Shown here: piece after piece, positions 1-9,461 of the stretch | Layout of the letters: every line of letters starts with the position of its first letter | Position numbering within the stretch: the first letter of the stretch is position 1 | NCBI GenBank assembly: GCA_963716255.1 | Contig: OY970303.1 | Span: 8,288,001-8,352,000 of the forward strand | From: an uncultured Gemmatimonadales bacterium | GTDB taxonomy: Bacteria; Gemmatimonadota; Gemmatimonadetes; Longimicrobiales; Longimicrobiaceae | Length of the DNA: 64,000 nucleotides | Reading direction: 5' to 3' | Position numbers and translations under genes: made by a program | Notes under the pieces: generated by a model | What the model was told of the DNA's origin: nothing | The model's input: the letters and a program-made list of their open reading frames with translations, nothing else | The model's database searches: none

Positions 1-731
1 GCGGCGGGGACGCCGCGCTCCCGCGCGGCGCGCACCCACGGGGTCTCGTCCGGCGCGTACACCAGGTCCAGCGCCGCGCCGTACTCCGGTCCGCCCTGCG
101 GGGGGAGCGGGTGCGGGTCGCCGGGCCGCAGGCCCAGCGAGGTGGCGTTCACCGCCAGGTCGAAGCGCTCCCCCGCCAGCTCCGCGGCGGACCCGGCGAC
201 CGCCAGCCGCGGCCCGCCGCCGAAGGCCTGCGCCAGCGCGGCGGCGCGCTCCGGGGAGCGATTCAGCACCACGACCTCGTCCGCGCCCGCGTCGGCCAGC
301 GCGCAGAGCACGGCGCGTGCCGCGCCGCCCGCGCCCGCCAGCAGCACGCGCGCCCCCCGCGGCTCGCGCCCGAGCAGCGCCCGCGCGGCGCCCGCGAAGC
401 CCGCCACGTCGGTGTTGTCGCCCCACACCTCGCCGCCCTCCAGCCAGAAGGTGTTGCAGGCGTCCGTGCGCTCCACGGTGGGGGTCCGGCGCTCCACCGC
501 GAGCATGGCGGCTTCCTTGTGGGGGACGGTGACGTTGCCGGCGCCGCCCGCGCGCGCGATGCCGCGCAGCAGCTCCGGGAAGGCGGCGGCGTCGCAGCGC
601 AGCGCCACGTACACGGCGTCCAGCCCGGCGGCGCGCAGGGCGGCGTTCTGGAACACGGGGGAAAGCGAGTGGGAGACGGGGGTGCCGAGGAGGGCCACCA
701 CGCGGGTGGCGGCGGTGGGGGAGGAGGTCAC
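1..731 (-). CDS. aroE: Shikimate dehydrogenase (3' end runs off the window)
   Basis: Manual translation from GTG at 731: VALLGTPVSHSLSPVFQNAA, GGNVTVPHKE, ACNTFW, GDNTDVAGF, LLAGAGGAARA. Absent from the ORF track because it is truncated. Confidence 0.9.
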   Translation of the reverse strand, partial: MTSSPTAATRVVALLGTPVSHSLSPVFQNAALRAAGLDAVYVALRCDAAAFPELLRGIARAGGAGNVTVPHKEAAMLAVERRTPTVERTDACNTFWLEGGEVWGDNTDVAGFAGAARALLGREPRGARVLLAGAGGAARAVLCALADAGADEVVVLNRSPERAAALAQAFGGGPRLAVAGSAAELAGERFDLAVNATSLGLRPGDPHPLPPQGGPEYGAALDLVYAPDETPWVRAARERGVPA

Positions 732-802
732 CGGAAGGGGATCACGGGTGAATCGAGCGCCGAGCCGGCGCTACGCAGTCGCGGAGCCCGCCCCACCGGG
801 AG

Positions 803-934
803 CCCGCGTGAGGGATTTCGGCCCGAAGGGGCGAGACCGCGCGGCGGTTTGCGCGGGCTCGACTCCGTTAGCGAGCGTTGTTTGCTCGCTTACGGAGCCG
901 AAGCCCGACCCCGGCGCCAGCCGGGGGCACGCCC
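803..934 (+). repeat. Dispersed structured repeat, copy 1 (type I)
   Basis: CCCGCGTGAGGGATTTCGGCCCGAAGGGGCGAG...CTCGACTCCGTT...ACGGAGCCGAAGCCCGACCCCGGCGCCAGCCGGGGGCACGCCC; matches nine other loci. Confidence 0.95.
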
Positions 935-971
935 AGACCAGCAGTTCAAAGCCGTTGATGCCGTTCAAAGA

Positions 972-1478
972 TCACGGATGGAGGATGGGGGCCAGCCGGT
1001 CGAAGACGGCGCTCACCAGCGGCTCCAGCTCGCGCAGCGTGACCTCGTACGCCTCCTCGTCGCCGCCGAAGGGGTCGCGGACCGGGGCACCCTCGCCCCC
1101 CTCCCCCGCGGCGAAGTCGCCCAGGAGGGCGACCTTGTCCCCCGCCCCGCCGCGCTCCAGCGCGTGCACGTGCGAGGGCGACATGGCGAGCACAAGGTCG
1201 GCCCACTCCACCAGCTCGGGGGTGAGGGCGCGGGACCGGTGCCCGGCCAGCTCCAGCCCGGAGCGCTCGGCCACGGCCACGGCATTGCGGGAGGCCGGCA
1301 AGCCGTCGTCCGCGGCGAGCCCGGCGGACACCACCTCCACGTGCCGCCACCCGCGGCGCTCCAGCTCCCGGCGCGCGAGCGCCTCGGCAAGCGGGGAGCG
1401 GCAGGTGTTCCCCGTGCACACGAAGACCAGGTTGAAGGTGGTCCCGCGGGGAGCGTCCGGCGCCGTGTCCTCGGTCAT
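972..1478 (-). CDS. Low-molecular-weight protein tyrosine/arginine phosphatase
   Basis: VFVCTGNTCRSPLAE P-loop and DPFGG motif; start chosen at MTEDTAP. Confidence 0.9.
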   Translation of the reverse strand: MTEDTAPDAPRGTTFNLVFVCTGNTCRSPLAEALARRELERRGWRHVEVVSAGLAADDGLPASRNAVAVAERSGLELAGHRSRALTPELVEWADLVLAMSPSHVHALERGGAGDKVALLGDFAAGEGGEGAPVRDPFGGDEEAYEVTLRELEPLVSAVFDRLAPILHP

Positions 1479-1532
1479 GGGAGCGTGGGGAGCGGATGGG
1501 CGGCCGCGCGCCCGGCGGCGCGGCAAGCGGGA

Positions 1533-2243
1533 TCAGCCCGGCAAGCGGCGGGCCAGCGCCTCGGCGACGGCGAGGTCCGCGGGGCGCGTGACCTTGAGGT
1601 TGTCGGCGGCGCCCTCCACCACGCGCACGGGGATCCCGTAGCGCTCGCACAGGGCGGCGTCGTCGGTGGCGCGCACGCCCTCGGCGCGGGCGCGGCGGTG
1701 CGCGTCCAGGATCACGGCGCGCGGAAAGCCCTGCGGCGTCTGCGCCTGCCAGAAGAGCGCGCGGTCCGGGGTGCCGAGGACGGTCCCGTCCGCCGCCACC
1801 TCCTTGAGCGTGTCGGTCACGGGGAGCGCGGCCAGCACGGCGCCGGTACGGGCCGCCTCCAGCACGCGGCCGATGACCTCGGCGGAAACGAAGGGGCGCG
1901 CGCCGTCGTGCACCAGCACCACCTCGGCGTCCTCCGGCGTGGCGGCGAGCCCGTTCCACACCGAGTCGCCGCGCTCCTCGCCGCCGGCCACCACCGCCAC
2001 GCCCAGCTCCAGGAGCCAGGCCGGCGGGTGCGCCGCGTCCTCGGGCGGGAGCACGACCACGACGCGGCCCACGTCCGGGTGCGTGGTGAACGCCCGCGCC
2101 GCCCGCAGGAGTATCGGCTCGCCGCCCACTTCCATGTACTGCTTGCGGACGGCGCCGCCCATCCGCCGCCCGGAGCCGCCCGCCACGACGACGGCCGCGG
2201 CGCGGGGGCGGGGCTCAGCCGAAGACGGTGTCGAGGAGCGCAC
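1533..2243 (-). CDS. ispD: 2-C-methyl-D-erythritol 4-phosphate cytidylyltransferase
   Basis: AGGSGRRMG..KQY, VLVHDGARPF, AQTPQGF, TDDA, NLKVTRPADL. Confidence 0.93.
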   Translation of the reverse strand: MRSSTPSSAEPRPRAAAVVVAGGSGRRMGGAVRKQYMEVGGEPILLRAARAFTTHPDVGRVVVVLPPEDAAHPPAWLLELGVAVVAGGEERGDSVWNGLAATPEDAEVVLVHDGARPFVSAEVIGRVLEAARTGAVLAALPVTDTLKEVAADGTVLGTPDRALFWQAQTPQGFPRAVILDAHRRARAEGVRATDDAALCERYGIPVRVVEGAADNLKVTRPADLAVAEALARRLPG

Positions 2244-3606
2244 GGACGTTCTCCGTTTCCACCACGCGGATCCCCCGGGGCAGCTTGGCCGGCACCGCGC
2301 GCGGCGACAGGTACGCCCTGCCGAACCCCATCCGCGCCGCCTCCGCCAGCCGCCGCTCCACCTGCCCCACCGGCCGCACCTCGCCCCCCAGCCCCAGCTC
2401 GCCGATGAACACCGCGTCCGCGGGCACCGGCCGGTCGTACACGGTGGATGCCAGCGCGACGGCCACCGCCACGTCCCCCGCGGTCTCCGCCAGGCGGATG
2501 CCGCCCACGACGTTGAGGAACACGTCCAGCTGGCCGAAGGGAAGCCCGGCCCGCTTCTCCATCACGGCGAGCAGCAGCGCCAGCCGCCGCGGGTCGAAGC
2601 CGGTGCTCACCCGCTGCGGCGCCCCGTACGAGGCCTTCACCGCCAGCGCCTGCATCTCCACCAGCAGCGGCCGCGTCCCCTCCATGGTGGCCACCACGGC
2701 GGAGCCGGAGATGCCGCTGGCGCGCTCGCCCATGAACAGCTCGGAGGGGTTGGCGACGGGAACCAGCCCCTCCGCGGTCATGCGGAAGACGCCGATCTCG
2801 TCCACCCCGCCGAAGCGGTTCTTGGTGGCGCGCAGCACCCGGTTGTCCAGCCCGCCCGCTCCCTCGAAGTACAGTACCGTGTCGACGATGTGCTCCAGCG
2901 TCTTGGGCCCGGCGATCCCGCCCCCCTTGGTGACGTGCCCCACCAGGAACACCGCGGTCCCGGTCTGCTTGGCGAAGCGCTGCAGCCGCGCGGCGCACTC
3001 GCGCACCTGCCCTACGTTCCCCGGCGCGCCCTCCAGCTCGGGGGTGTACACCGTCTGGATGGAGTCCACCAGCAGCACGTCGGGCGCGCTCTCGGCCGCG
3101 CGCAGCAGCACGGTCTCCAGCTCGGTCTCGGCCAGCAGGCTCACCTCGCCGGCGGCGCCCCGCAGCCGGTCGGCGCGCAGCCTCACCTGGAGCGCGGACT
3201 CCTCGCCGGAAACGTAGAGCGTGCGCCGCCCCTCCGCCTCCAGCCGCGCCGCGACCTGGAGGAGGATGGTGGACTTGCCGATCCCCGGCTCCCCGCCCAC
3301 CAGCACCACCGAGCCCGGCACGATCCCGCCGCCCAGCACGAAGTCGAACTCGTCCAGCCCGGTGCTCCAGCGGGTGCTTTCCGTCCCCTGCACGTCGCGC
3401 AGCCGCACCGGCGCCGCGCTCGCACCATTGCGAGCCGAGGCGGAGGAGGGCCCACCTCCCCCGCGGCTCTTACCGCCCTTCGCGGAGGGCGCGGCCGGCG
3501 CCTCCACCAGCGTGTTCCACTCGCGGCAGCCGGGGCACTGCCCCTGCCAGCGCGACGTCTCGTTTCCGCACTCCGTGCAGAAGAACGCCGTCCTCGTCTT
3601 CGCCAT
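2215..3606 (-). CDS. radA: DNA repair protein RadA/Sms
   Basis: N-terminal C4 zinc finger, GGEPGIGKST Walker A, KNRFG motif, Lon-like C-terminus. Confidence 0.96.
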   Translation of the reverse strand: MAKTRTAFFCTECGNETSRWQGQCPGCREWNTLVEAPAAPSAKGGKSRGGGGPSSASARNGASAAPVRLRDVQGTESTRWSTGLDEFDFVLGGGIVPGSVVLVGGEPGIGKSTILLQVAARLEAEGRRTLYVSGEESALQVRLRADRLRGAAGEVSLLAETELETVLLRAAESAPDVLLVDSIQTVYTPELEGAPGNVGQVRECAARLQRFAKQTGTAVFLVGHVTKGGGIAGPKTLEHIVDTVLYFEGAGGLDNRVLRATKNRFGGVDEIGVFRMTAEGLVPVANPSELFMGERASGISGSAVVATMEGTRPLLVEMQALAVKASYGAPQRVSTGFDPRRLALLLAVMEKRAGLPFGQLDVFLNVVGGIRLAETAGDVAVAVALASTVYDRPVPADAVFIGELGLGGEVRPVGQVERRLAEAARMGFGRAYLSPRAVPAKLPRGIRVVETENVRALLDTVFG

Positions 3607-3700
3607 CTCGCTCCCCTCCCGGTGCGGAATCAGGCGTTCTCGTACACCGTGGACGGGCGGGCGTGCGCCCGGCGATCCTGTACGGCGCGCTTCGTCCGCA

Positions 3701-5113
3701 TCATTCGGAGGGCGGCCCGTCCACGCGCCCGGAGAAGTTCTCGAAGCGGGTGAACTCCTTGAGGAACATCAGCGGGATCGTGCCCACGGCGCCGTTGCGC
3801 TGCTTGCCGATGATGACCTCGGCGCGCCCCTCGATGGAGTTGCCCTCCTTGTCCACCGGGCCGTGGTAGTATTCGGGCCGGAACAGGAACATGATGACGT
3901 CCGCGTCCTGCTCGATGGCGCCCGATTCACGAAGGTCCGACATCATCGGGCGCTTGTCGGGGCGCGACTCCACGGCGCGCGACAGCTGCGACAGCGCCAC
4001 CACCGGCACTTCCAGCTCCTTGGCGAGCGCCTTGAGGTTCCGCGAGATCTCCGACACCTCCTGCTGGCGGTTCTCCACCTTGCCGCCGCCGGTCATGAGC
4101 TGGAGGTAGTCCACGATGATCATCGCCAGGTCCGGCCGGTCCGACTTGAGGCGCCGGGCCTTGGCGCGCATCTCCAGCACCGAGATGCCCGCGGTGTCGT
4201 CGATGTAGATGGGCGCCGTGTTGAGGTACCCCGCCGCCGTCGCCAACCGCCCGTAGTCGTCGTCCGACAGCCGCCCGCGCCGCAGCCGTCCGGCGTCCAC
4301 CCGCGCCTCCGCGCACAGGATGCGCTGTACCAGCGACTCCTTGCTCATTTCCAGCGAGAAGAAGGCGACCGGCTTCTGCGCCGCGATGGCGGCGTGCTGT
4401 GCAATATTTAAAGTGAATGCCGTCTTTCCCATTGACGGCCTTGCCGCGACGATGATCAGGTCGCTCGGCTGGAACCCGGCCGTCATCTCGTCCAGGTCGG
4501 TGAACCCGGTGGGCACGCCGGTGATGGACGAGTTGTTGTTCTGGAGCTGCTCGATCTTCTCGAAGGTGGGCCACAGGATCTCCTTGATCCACACGAAGCC
4601 CTTGCGGTCGTGGCTCTGCGCGATCTGGAAGATCTTCTGCTCCGCGCGGTCCAGGACCTCCTCGATCTCCCCCTGGTTGGTGAAGGTTTCCTGGATGATG
4701 GAGGTCGCCGCCTCGATCAGCCGGCGCAGCACCGCCTTTTCGCGGACGATCTTGCAGTGGTACTCGATGTTGGCCGCGGTGGGCACCGCGTCCAGGAGCT
4801 GGGCGACGTACGGCATCCCGCCCACCGCCTCCAGGTCGCCCGCGTTCTTGAGCTCCTCCGAGAGGGTGATGGGGTCGATGACCTCGCCGCGCTCCCACAG
4901 CTTCACCATGGAGCGGAAGAGGCGGCGGTTCCCCTCCCGGTAGAACATGGTGTCGTCGATCGTCTCGATGGCCTTGACGATCGCGTCCGAGTCGATGAGC
5001 ATCCCGCCGAGCACGGACATCTCCGCCTCGGCCGAGTACGGGGGGGCGCGGTCCGCGAACGCGCCCGGCATGGGAGCGGGCGCGGACCTGGCGACGGCGG
5101 GGATGGACTGCAT
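3701..5113 (-). CDS. dnaB: Replicative DNA helicase
   Basis: AARPSMGKT, FSLEMS, IIVDYLQL, LSQLSR, DLRESGAIEQDAD, KQRNG. Confidence 0.97.
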   Translation of the reverse strand: MQSIPAVARSAPAPMPGAFADRAPPYSAEAEMSVLGGMLIDSDAIVKAIETIDDTMFYREGNRRLFRSMVKLWERGEVIDPITLSEELKNAGDLEAVGGMPYVAQLLDAVPTAANIEYHCKIVREKAVLRRLIEAATSIIQETFTNQGEIEEVLDRAEQKIFQIAQSHDRKGFVWIKEILWPTFEKIEQLQNNNSSITGVPTGFTDLDEMTAGFQPSDLIIVAARPSMGKTAFTLNIAQHAAIAAQKPVAFFSLEMSKESLVQRILCAEARVDAGRLRRGRLSDDDYGRLATAAGYLNTAPIYIDDTAGISVLEMRAKARRLKSDRPDLAMIIVDYLQLMTGGGKVENRQQEVSEISRNLKALAKELEVPVVALSQLSRAVESRPDKRPMMSDLRESGAIEQDADVIMFLFRPEYYHGPVDKEGNSIEGRAEVIIGKQRNGAVGTIPLMFLKEFTRFENFSGRVDGPPSE

Positions 5114-5156
5114 GGGACTCCTGGGCGGTGCGAGCTATTTTTGAACGACTTGGTTC

Positions 5157-5292
5157 GGGCGTGCCCCCGGCTGGCGCCGGGGTCGGGCTTCGGCTCCGTA
5201 AGCGAGCAAACAACGCTCGCTAACGGAGTCGAGCCCCGGCGGAAACAGCCCCGCCGGGTCTCGCCCCTTCGGGCCGGAATCCCTCACGCGGG
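5157..5292 (-). repeat. Dispersed structured repeat, copy 2 (type I)
   Basis: Reverse complement of the copy 1 consensus; lies between the UDG stop and the dnaB start. Confidence 0.95.
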
Positions 5293-5306
5293 TGCGGCGC
5301 GCGGCC

Positions 5307-6152
5307 TCAGGTACTCGCGTCGAGCACGCTTCGCAGCCGCTGCAGGTCCTCCCAGGTGGGGCGCACCCAGGCCGAAGAGCGGAGCAGCGCCGCGGGGTGG
5401 TAGGTGGCCACCAGCGGGATCCCGTGGAAGTCGTGCACCCGGCCGCGGAGCTTGCCGATGGAAGTAGGGGTCGCGAGCAGCGTCTGCGCGGCGAAGGCCC
5501 CGAAGGCGGCGATGGCGCGCGGCTTCACCAGCTCCACCTGCCGCAGGAGGTACGGCGAGCAGGCCTCCACCTCGTCCGGCATGGGGTTGCGGTTCCCCGG
5601 CGGGCGGCACTTGAGCACGTTGCAGATGTAGACCTGCTCGCGCTGCAGCCCCACCGTTCCCAGCAGCAGGGTGAGCAGCTTCCCCGCCCTCCCCACGAAG
5701 GGGCGGCCGGTGCGGTCCTCGTCCGCGCCGGGCGCTTCGCCCACCACCATCACCTCCGCATCCGGGCTCCCCTCCCCGAACACCACGTGGTTGCGCGTCT
5801 CCGCCAGCCGGCAGCGCGGGCACCCCAGCGCCACCTCGCGCACCGCGTCCAGCACCGGGAGGCGCAGGATCTCCTCCGCCGTAGCGTACGGCGCGGGCGC
5901 GTCGGGCGACGGCCGCATGGCGCCCTCCAGCGGCGGGGGCGGCGCGGCGGGGCGCGCGGCCCCCGCGGGACGCTGCGCGCTCTCGGGGCGCTCCGGGCGG
6001 GACGGGCCCGCCGGACCCGAGGCCCGCGCGGGGCCCCGCGCCAGGTCGCGCAGCGCGTCGGCGCCCAGGCCCTCCAGCACCAGCTCCGTCTCGCCCAGCT
6101 CGGCGCGCTGCCGCAGGTAGGCGCGCAGCAGCTCCCGGGGGTCCTCGCTCAT
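5307..6152 (-). CDS. Uracil-DNA glycosylase family 4
   Basis: VGEAPGADED, GRPFVGRAG, NVLKCRPPGNR, TYHPAALL; ATG overlaps the coaBC stop. Confidence 0.92.
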   Translation of the reverse strand: MSEDPRELLRAYLRQRAELGETELVLEGLGADALRDLARGPARASGPAGPSRPERPESAQRPAGAARPAAPPPPLEGAMRPSPDAPAPYATAEEILRLPVLDAVREVALGCPRCRLAETRNHVVFGEGSPDAEVMVVGEAPGADEDRTGRPFVGRAGKLLTLLLGTVGLQREQVYICNVLKCRPPGNRNPMPDEVEACSPYLLRQVELVKPRAIAAFGAFAAQTLLATPTSIGKLRGRVHDFHGIPLVATYHPAALLRSSAWVRPTWEDLQRLRSVLDAST

Positions 6153-7387
6153 GCGGGGCCCCGCCCGTCCAGGATGCGCTCCACCCGGTCCAGGATGCGG
6201 TCCGCCACATCGCCCTTGTGCATCAGCGGAAGCGGCTCGTCCGTTCCATCCGGGAGGAGGAAGGTGACGCGGTTGGTGTGCACCTCGAAGCCGGCGCCGG
6301 GCTCGGTGGCGTCGTTGAGCACCAGCAGGTCCAGCCCCTTTCCCTCCAGCTTGCGGCGGCCGTTGCGGAGCAGGTCGGTGGTCTCCAGCGCGAAACCCAC
6401 CACCACGCACCCCTCCGGCCGCAGCCCGCGGGTGGAAACCAGCACGTCCGCGGTGCGCTCCAGGAGGATCTCGGGGACCCCGCCGTCCTCCTTCTTGATC
6501 TTTTCCCCGGCCGCCTCGGCGGGGCGGAAATCCGCCACCGCGGCGGACATCACCAGCACGTCGGCGCCGGGGAGCGCTTCCGCCACGGCGGCGCGCATCT
6601 CCTCGGCGGTCTCCACGCGGCGCAGCGCCGGGCCCTCGGGGGGGGCGAGCGGCGAGGGGCCGGAGACCAGGAGCACGTCGGCGCCGCGGCGCCAGGCGGC
6701 GGCCGCGACCTCGTAGCCCATCCGCCCCGAGGAGCGGTTGCCGATGAACCTCACCGGGTCGATGGGCTCGCGCGTGGGGCCCGCCGTCACCACCACCCGG
6801 CGGCCGGCGAGCGGGCCGTCCCCCTCCAGCGCGCGCCCGGCGTGCGCCACGATCTCCTCCGGCTCGATCAGCCGCCCCGGCCCCTCGCCCTCGCCCCACG
6901 CCAGCGGCCCCACGGCGGGTCCGGCGACGCGGTAGCCGATCTCCGCCAGGCGGCGCAGGTTGGCCTGCGTCTGCGGGTGGGCGTACATGCGGTCGTTCAT
7001 CGCCGGGCACAGCACCACGGGCGCCTCCGTGGCCAGGAGGACGGACGACAGCAGGTCGTCCGCCATCCCCGCCGCGGCGCGGGCGAGGAAGTTGGCGGTC
7101 GCGGGGGCGACGAGCACCGCCTCGGCGTCGCGCGCCAGGCGGATGTGGGCCAGCGGGTCGCCGGCGACGTACGCGGTGGTGTGGGAGGGCCGCCCGGTGA
7201 CGGCCTCGAAGGAGAGGGGGCGCACGAACTCCAGGGCGTTGGCGGTGAACACCACGTCCACCTCCGCCCCGGCGAGGGTCAGCTCCCGCGCGACGGTGAT
7301 CGCCTTGTACGCCGCGATCCCGCCGGTGACACCAAGGAGCACGCGGCGCCCCGCGAAGGGGCGCCGCGCGCGGCGCGCGTCCGTCAT
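6149..7387 (-). CDS. coaBC: Bifunctional phosphopantothenoylcysteine decarboxylase/ligase
   Basis: LGVTGGIAAYK, PAMNDRM, TAGPTREPIDPVRFIGNRSSGRMG, GFALET. Confidence 0.95.
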   Translation of the reverse strand: MTDARRARRPFAGRRVLLGVTGGIAAYKAITVARELTLAGAEVDVVFTANALEFVRPLSFEAVTGRPSHTTAYVAGDPLAHIRLARDAEAVLVAPATANFLARAAAGMADDLLSSVLLATEAPVVLCPAMNDRMYAHPQTQANLRRLAEIGYRVAGPAVGPLAWGEGEGPGRLIEPEEIVAHAGRALEGDGPLAGRRVVVTAGPTREPIDPVRFIGNRSSGRMGYEVAAAAWRRGADVLLVSGPSPLAPPEGPALRRVETAEEMRAAVAEALPGADVLVMSAAVADFRPAEAAGEKIKKEDGGVPEILLERTADVLVSTRGLRPEGCVVVGFALETTDLLRNGRRKLEGKGLDLLVLNDATEPGAGFEVHTNRVTFLLPDGTDEPLPLMHKGDVADRILDRVERILDGRGPA

Positions 7388-7534
7388 GCGGTTAGCGGGG
7401 GGCTCGAGGCTCGCAGGGGCGCCCTGGAGCGAGCGGCCCGGCGCAGGCGGCCGTCGGGACGGCCGCCCGCCGCCGGGCGCGGGGCGTGCCCCCGGCGAAG
7501 GGGGCGGCGCACGCTCGGGGCATCTCCGCTCCGA

Positions 7535-7774
7535 CTACTGGATCTCGGGGCGGGCGCGCTTGGTCAGGTGGAAGTCGACGGTTCCCGCGGCGACCTCCTC
7601 CAGGGCGATGGTGGTGAGCTTCTCGCGGACCTCGCCGCCGGTGACGGTGGGGTCCTCCATCAGCTCGCCGCGGCGCAGCTCGTTGAGGCTGCGGGCGTAC
7701 TTGGCGGCCACCAGGACGCCCAGGTACTTGCTGCCGGTGTTCCGCGCGGCGGAACCGGGGGTCACGACTCGCAT
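7535..7774 (-). CDS. rpoZ: RNA polymerase omega subunit
   Basis: SKYLGVLVAAKYAR...KLTTIALEE; sits in the canonical gmk-rpoZ-coaBC order. Confidence 0.85.
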   Translation of the reverse strand: MRVVTPGSAARNTGSKYLGVLVAAKYARSLNELRRGELMEDPTVTGGEVREKLTTIALEEVAAGTVDFHLTKRARPEIQ

Positions 7775-7826
7775 CTATCTCGCTCCTTCTGGGGTGTGCA
7801 ATGTCGGCGCGGACGCCCGCGGCCGG

Positions 7827-8498
7827 CTAGAGCCGGGCCGCGTCGGCGCGGAGGAGGTCGCCCACCTCGGCGCGGAGCCGGCGGATCTCGTCCGCCAGCC
7901 CGGGGAGCCGGGAGGCCCGGCGCGACTCGGCGGCGAGGATCGCCTCCACCGCGTCCACCGTCGCCTCCAGCTCCTGGTTGGTCACCACGTAGTCGAACTC
8001 CGCGGCGGCCTCGATCTCCTCGCCCGCGTTGGCGAGGCGGCGGCGGAGCGCCGACCGGTCCTCGCTCCCGCGCCCCAGCAGCCGGTCGGCGAGGACGCTT
8101 CCTGAGGGCGGGAGGATGAACACCAGCACCGCCTCCGGGACCCGCTCCCGCACCTGCCGGGCGCCCTGGATGTCGATGTCCAGAATCAGGTACTTCCCCG
8201 CCTCCACGGCGCGGTCCAGGTTCGCGCGCGGGGTGCCGTACAGGTTGCCGTGCACCTCGGCCCACTCCACCAGCTCGCCCGCCCCCGCCATGCGGCGGAA
8301 CTCGTCCGGCTCCACGAACCAGTAGTCGCGCCCGTCCGCCTCCTGGCGGCGCGGGGCGCGCGTGGTGGCCGACACGGAAAAGGCGATGTCGCCGCGGCGC
8401 TTCCCCAGCATCCGCGCGATGGTCGTCTTGCCGCCGCCCGAGGGGGCGGAAAGGATCACCGGGAAGGTACGGTTCGGAAGCCCTCCCTCCGCGCTCAC
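7827..8498 (-). CDS. gmk: Guanylate kinase
   Basis: SAPSGGGKTT, SVSATTRAPR, EWAEVHGNLYGT; GTG start overlaps the yicC stop. Confidence 0.94.
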   Translation of the reverse strand: MSAEGGLPNRTFPVILSAPSGGGKTTIARMLGKRRGDIAFSVSATTRAPRRQEADGRDYWFVEPDEFRRMAGAGELVEWAEVHGNLYGTPRANLDRAVEAGKYLILDIDIQGARQVRERVPEAVLVFILPPSGSVLADRLLGRGSEDRSALRRRLANAGEEIEAAAEFDYVVTNQELEATVDAVEAILAAESRRASRLPGLADEIRRLRAEVGDLLRADAARL

Positions 8499-9385
8499 TC
8501 GACGTTCTCCACCTGCTCGCGGAGCCGCTCGATCTCCTCCTTGATGGCCACCACGCGATGGGCGATCAGGGCGTCGTTGGCCTTGGAGCCGATGGTGTTG
8601 GCCTCGCGGTGGATCTCCTGCACCAGAAAGGACAGGCGCTTCCCCACCGGCTCCGCCGCGTCCGCCGCCAGCAGGTCGCGGAACAGCGACACGTGCGAGG
8701 CGAAGCGCACCAGCTCCTCGTTGACGTCCCAGCGCTCCGCCAGGTACGCGATCTCCTGCGCCAGCCGCGCCTCGTCCACCGCCACCCCGCCGGCCAATTC
8801 CCGGACCGCGGCGCGGAGCCGGTCGCGCTCGGCGACCAGGCGCTCCGGGGCGCGCTCCCGGACCGCGGCGAGCGCCGCTTCCATCGCCGCCAGCCGCTCC
8901 TCCAGGTCCGCGTGCAGGCGGCGCCCCTCGTCCTCCCGCATACGCACGTTGGCGCGGGCCGCCTCCTCCACCGCCGCGCGGAGGTCCTCGCCGGACACCT
9001 CCACCGCCGGCTCCTCCGGCGCGTCGCGAACGAAGATGTCGCCGTAGCGCGCCAGCAGCTCCAGCGTGGGCGCGCCGGTGACGCTGAAGCGGTCCGTCAG
9101 CTCGCGGAAGGCGGCGACGTACGCGGCGACGCGCTCCTCGTCGATCCGGACGCTCCCCGGGGCCGCGCCCTCCCGGTCGATGCGGACGGTGCAGCTCGCG
9201 TGGCCGCGGGCGAGCGAGGCGCGCAGCCACTCGCGCATCTCCCCCTCCCAGCGCGAAAGCGCGGCCGGGAGCCGGAAGGTGGTGTGGAAGTAGCGGTGGT
9301 TGACCGTCCTCACCTCCACCCGGAGACGCCCCGCCGGCACCGCCAGCTCGGCCTCTCCGTACCCGGTCATGCTCCGAATCATCAC
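8495..9385 (-). CDS. yicC: YicC/YloC family endoribonuclease
   Basis: IRSMTGYG, TVNHRY, GKRLSFLVQEIHREANTIGSK, EQVENVE. Confidence 0.93.
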   Translation of the reverse strand: MMIRSMTGYGEAELAVPAGRLRVEVRTVNHRYFHTTFRLPAALSRWEGEMREWLRASLARGHASCTVRIDREGAAPGSVRIDEERVAAYVAAFRELTDRFSVTGAPTLELLARYGDIFVRDAPEEPAVEVSGEDLRAAVEEAARANVRMREDEGRRLHADLEERLAAMEAALAAVRERAPERLVAERDRLRAAVRELAGGVAVDEARLAQEIAYLAERWDVNEELVRFASHVSLFRDLLAADAAEPVGKRLSFLVQEIHREANTIGSKANDALIAHRVVAIKEEIERLREQVENVE

Positions 9386-9461
9386 CCCTCCGTGCAGGGT
9401 CGGAAGTTACCCGGCGCGCCGGGACAAGTCAACGGACCGCGGACGGTCCGGGGGCCGGCGC

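Noticed and set aside
111..2408. Long plus-strand ORFs (765 aa, 499 aa)
   Set aside because: Antisense shadows of aroE, the phosphatase and ispD; low-complexity Arg/Ala/Gly/Pro translation typical of high-GC DNA.
3701..5113. Intein in dnaB
   Set aside because: The protein is normal length (470 aa) and contiguous through the known insertion motifs.
5157..5292. Repeat as an HDV-like ribozyme (contains GCTGGCGCCGG) or tRNA-derived element
   Set aside because: The match is short and GC-rich. I could not build the nested double pseudoknot or find tRNA D/T-loop motifs. It needs an Infernal search to exclude fully.
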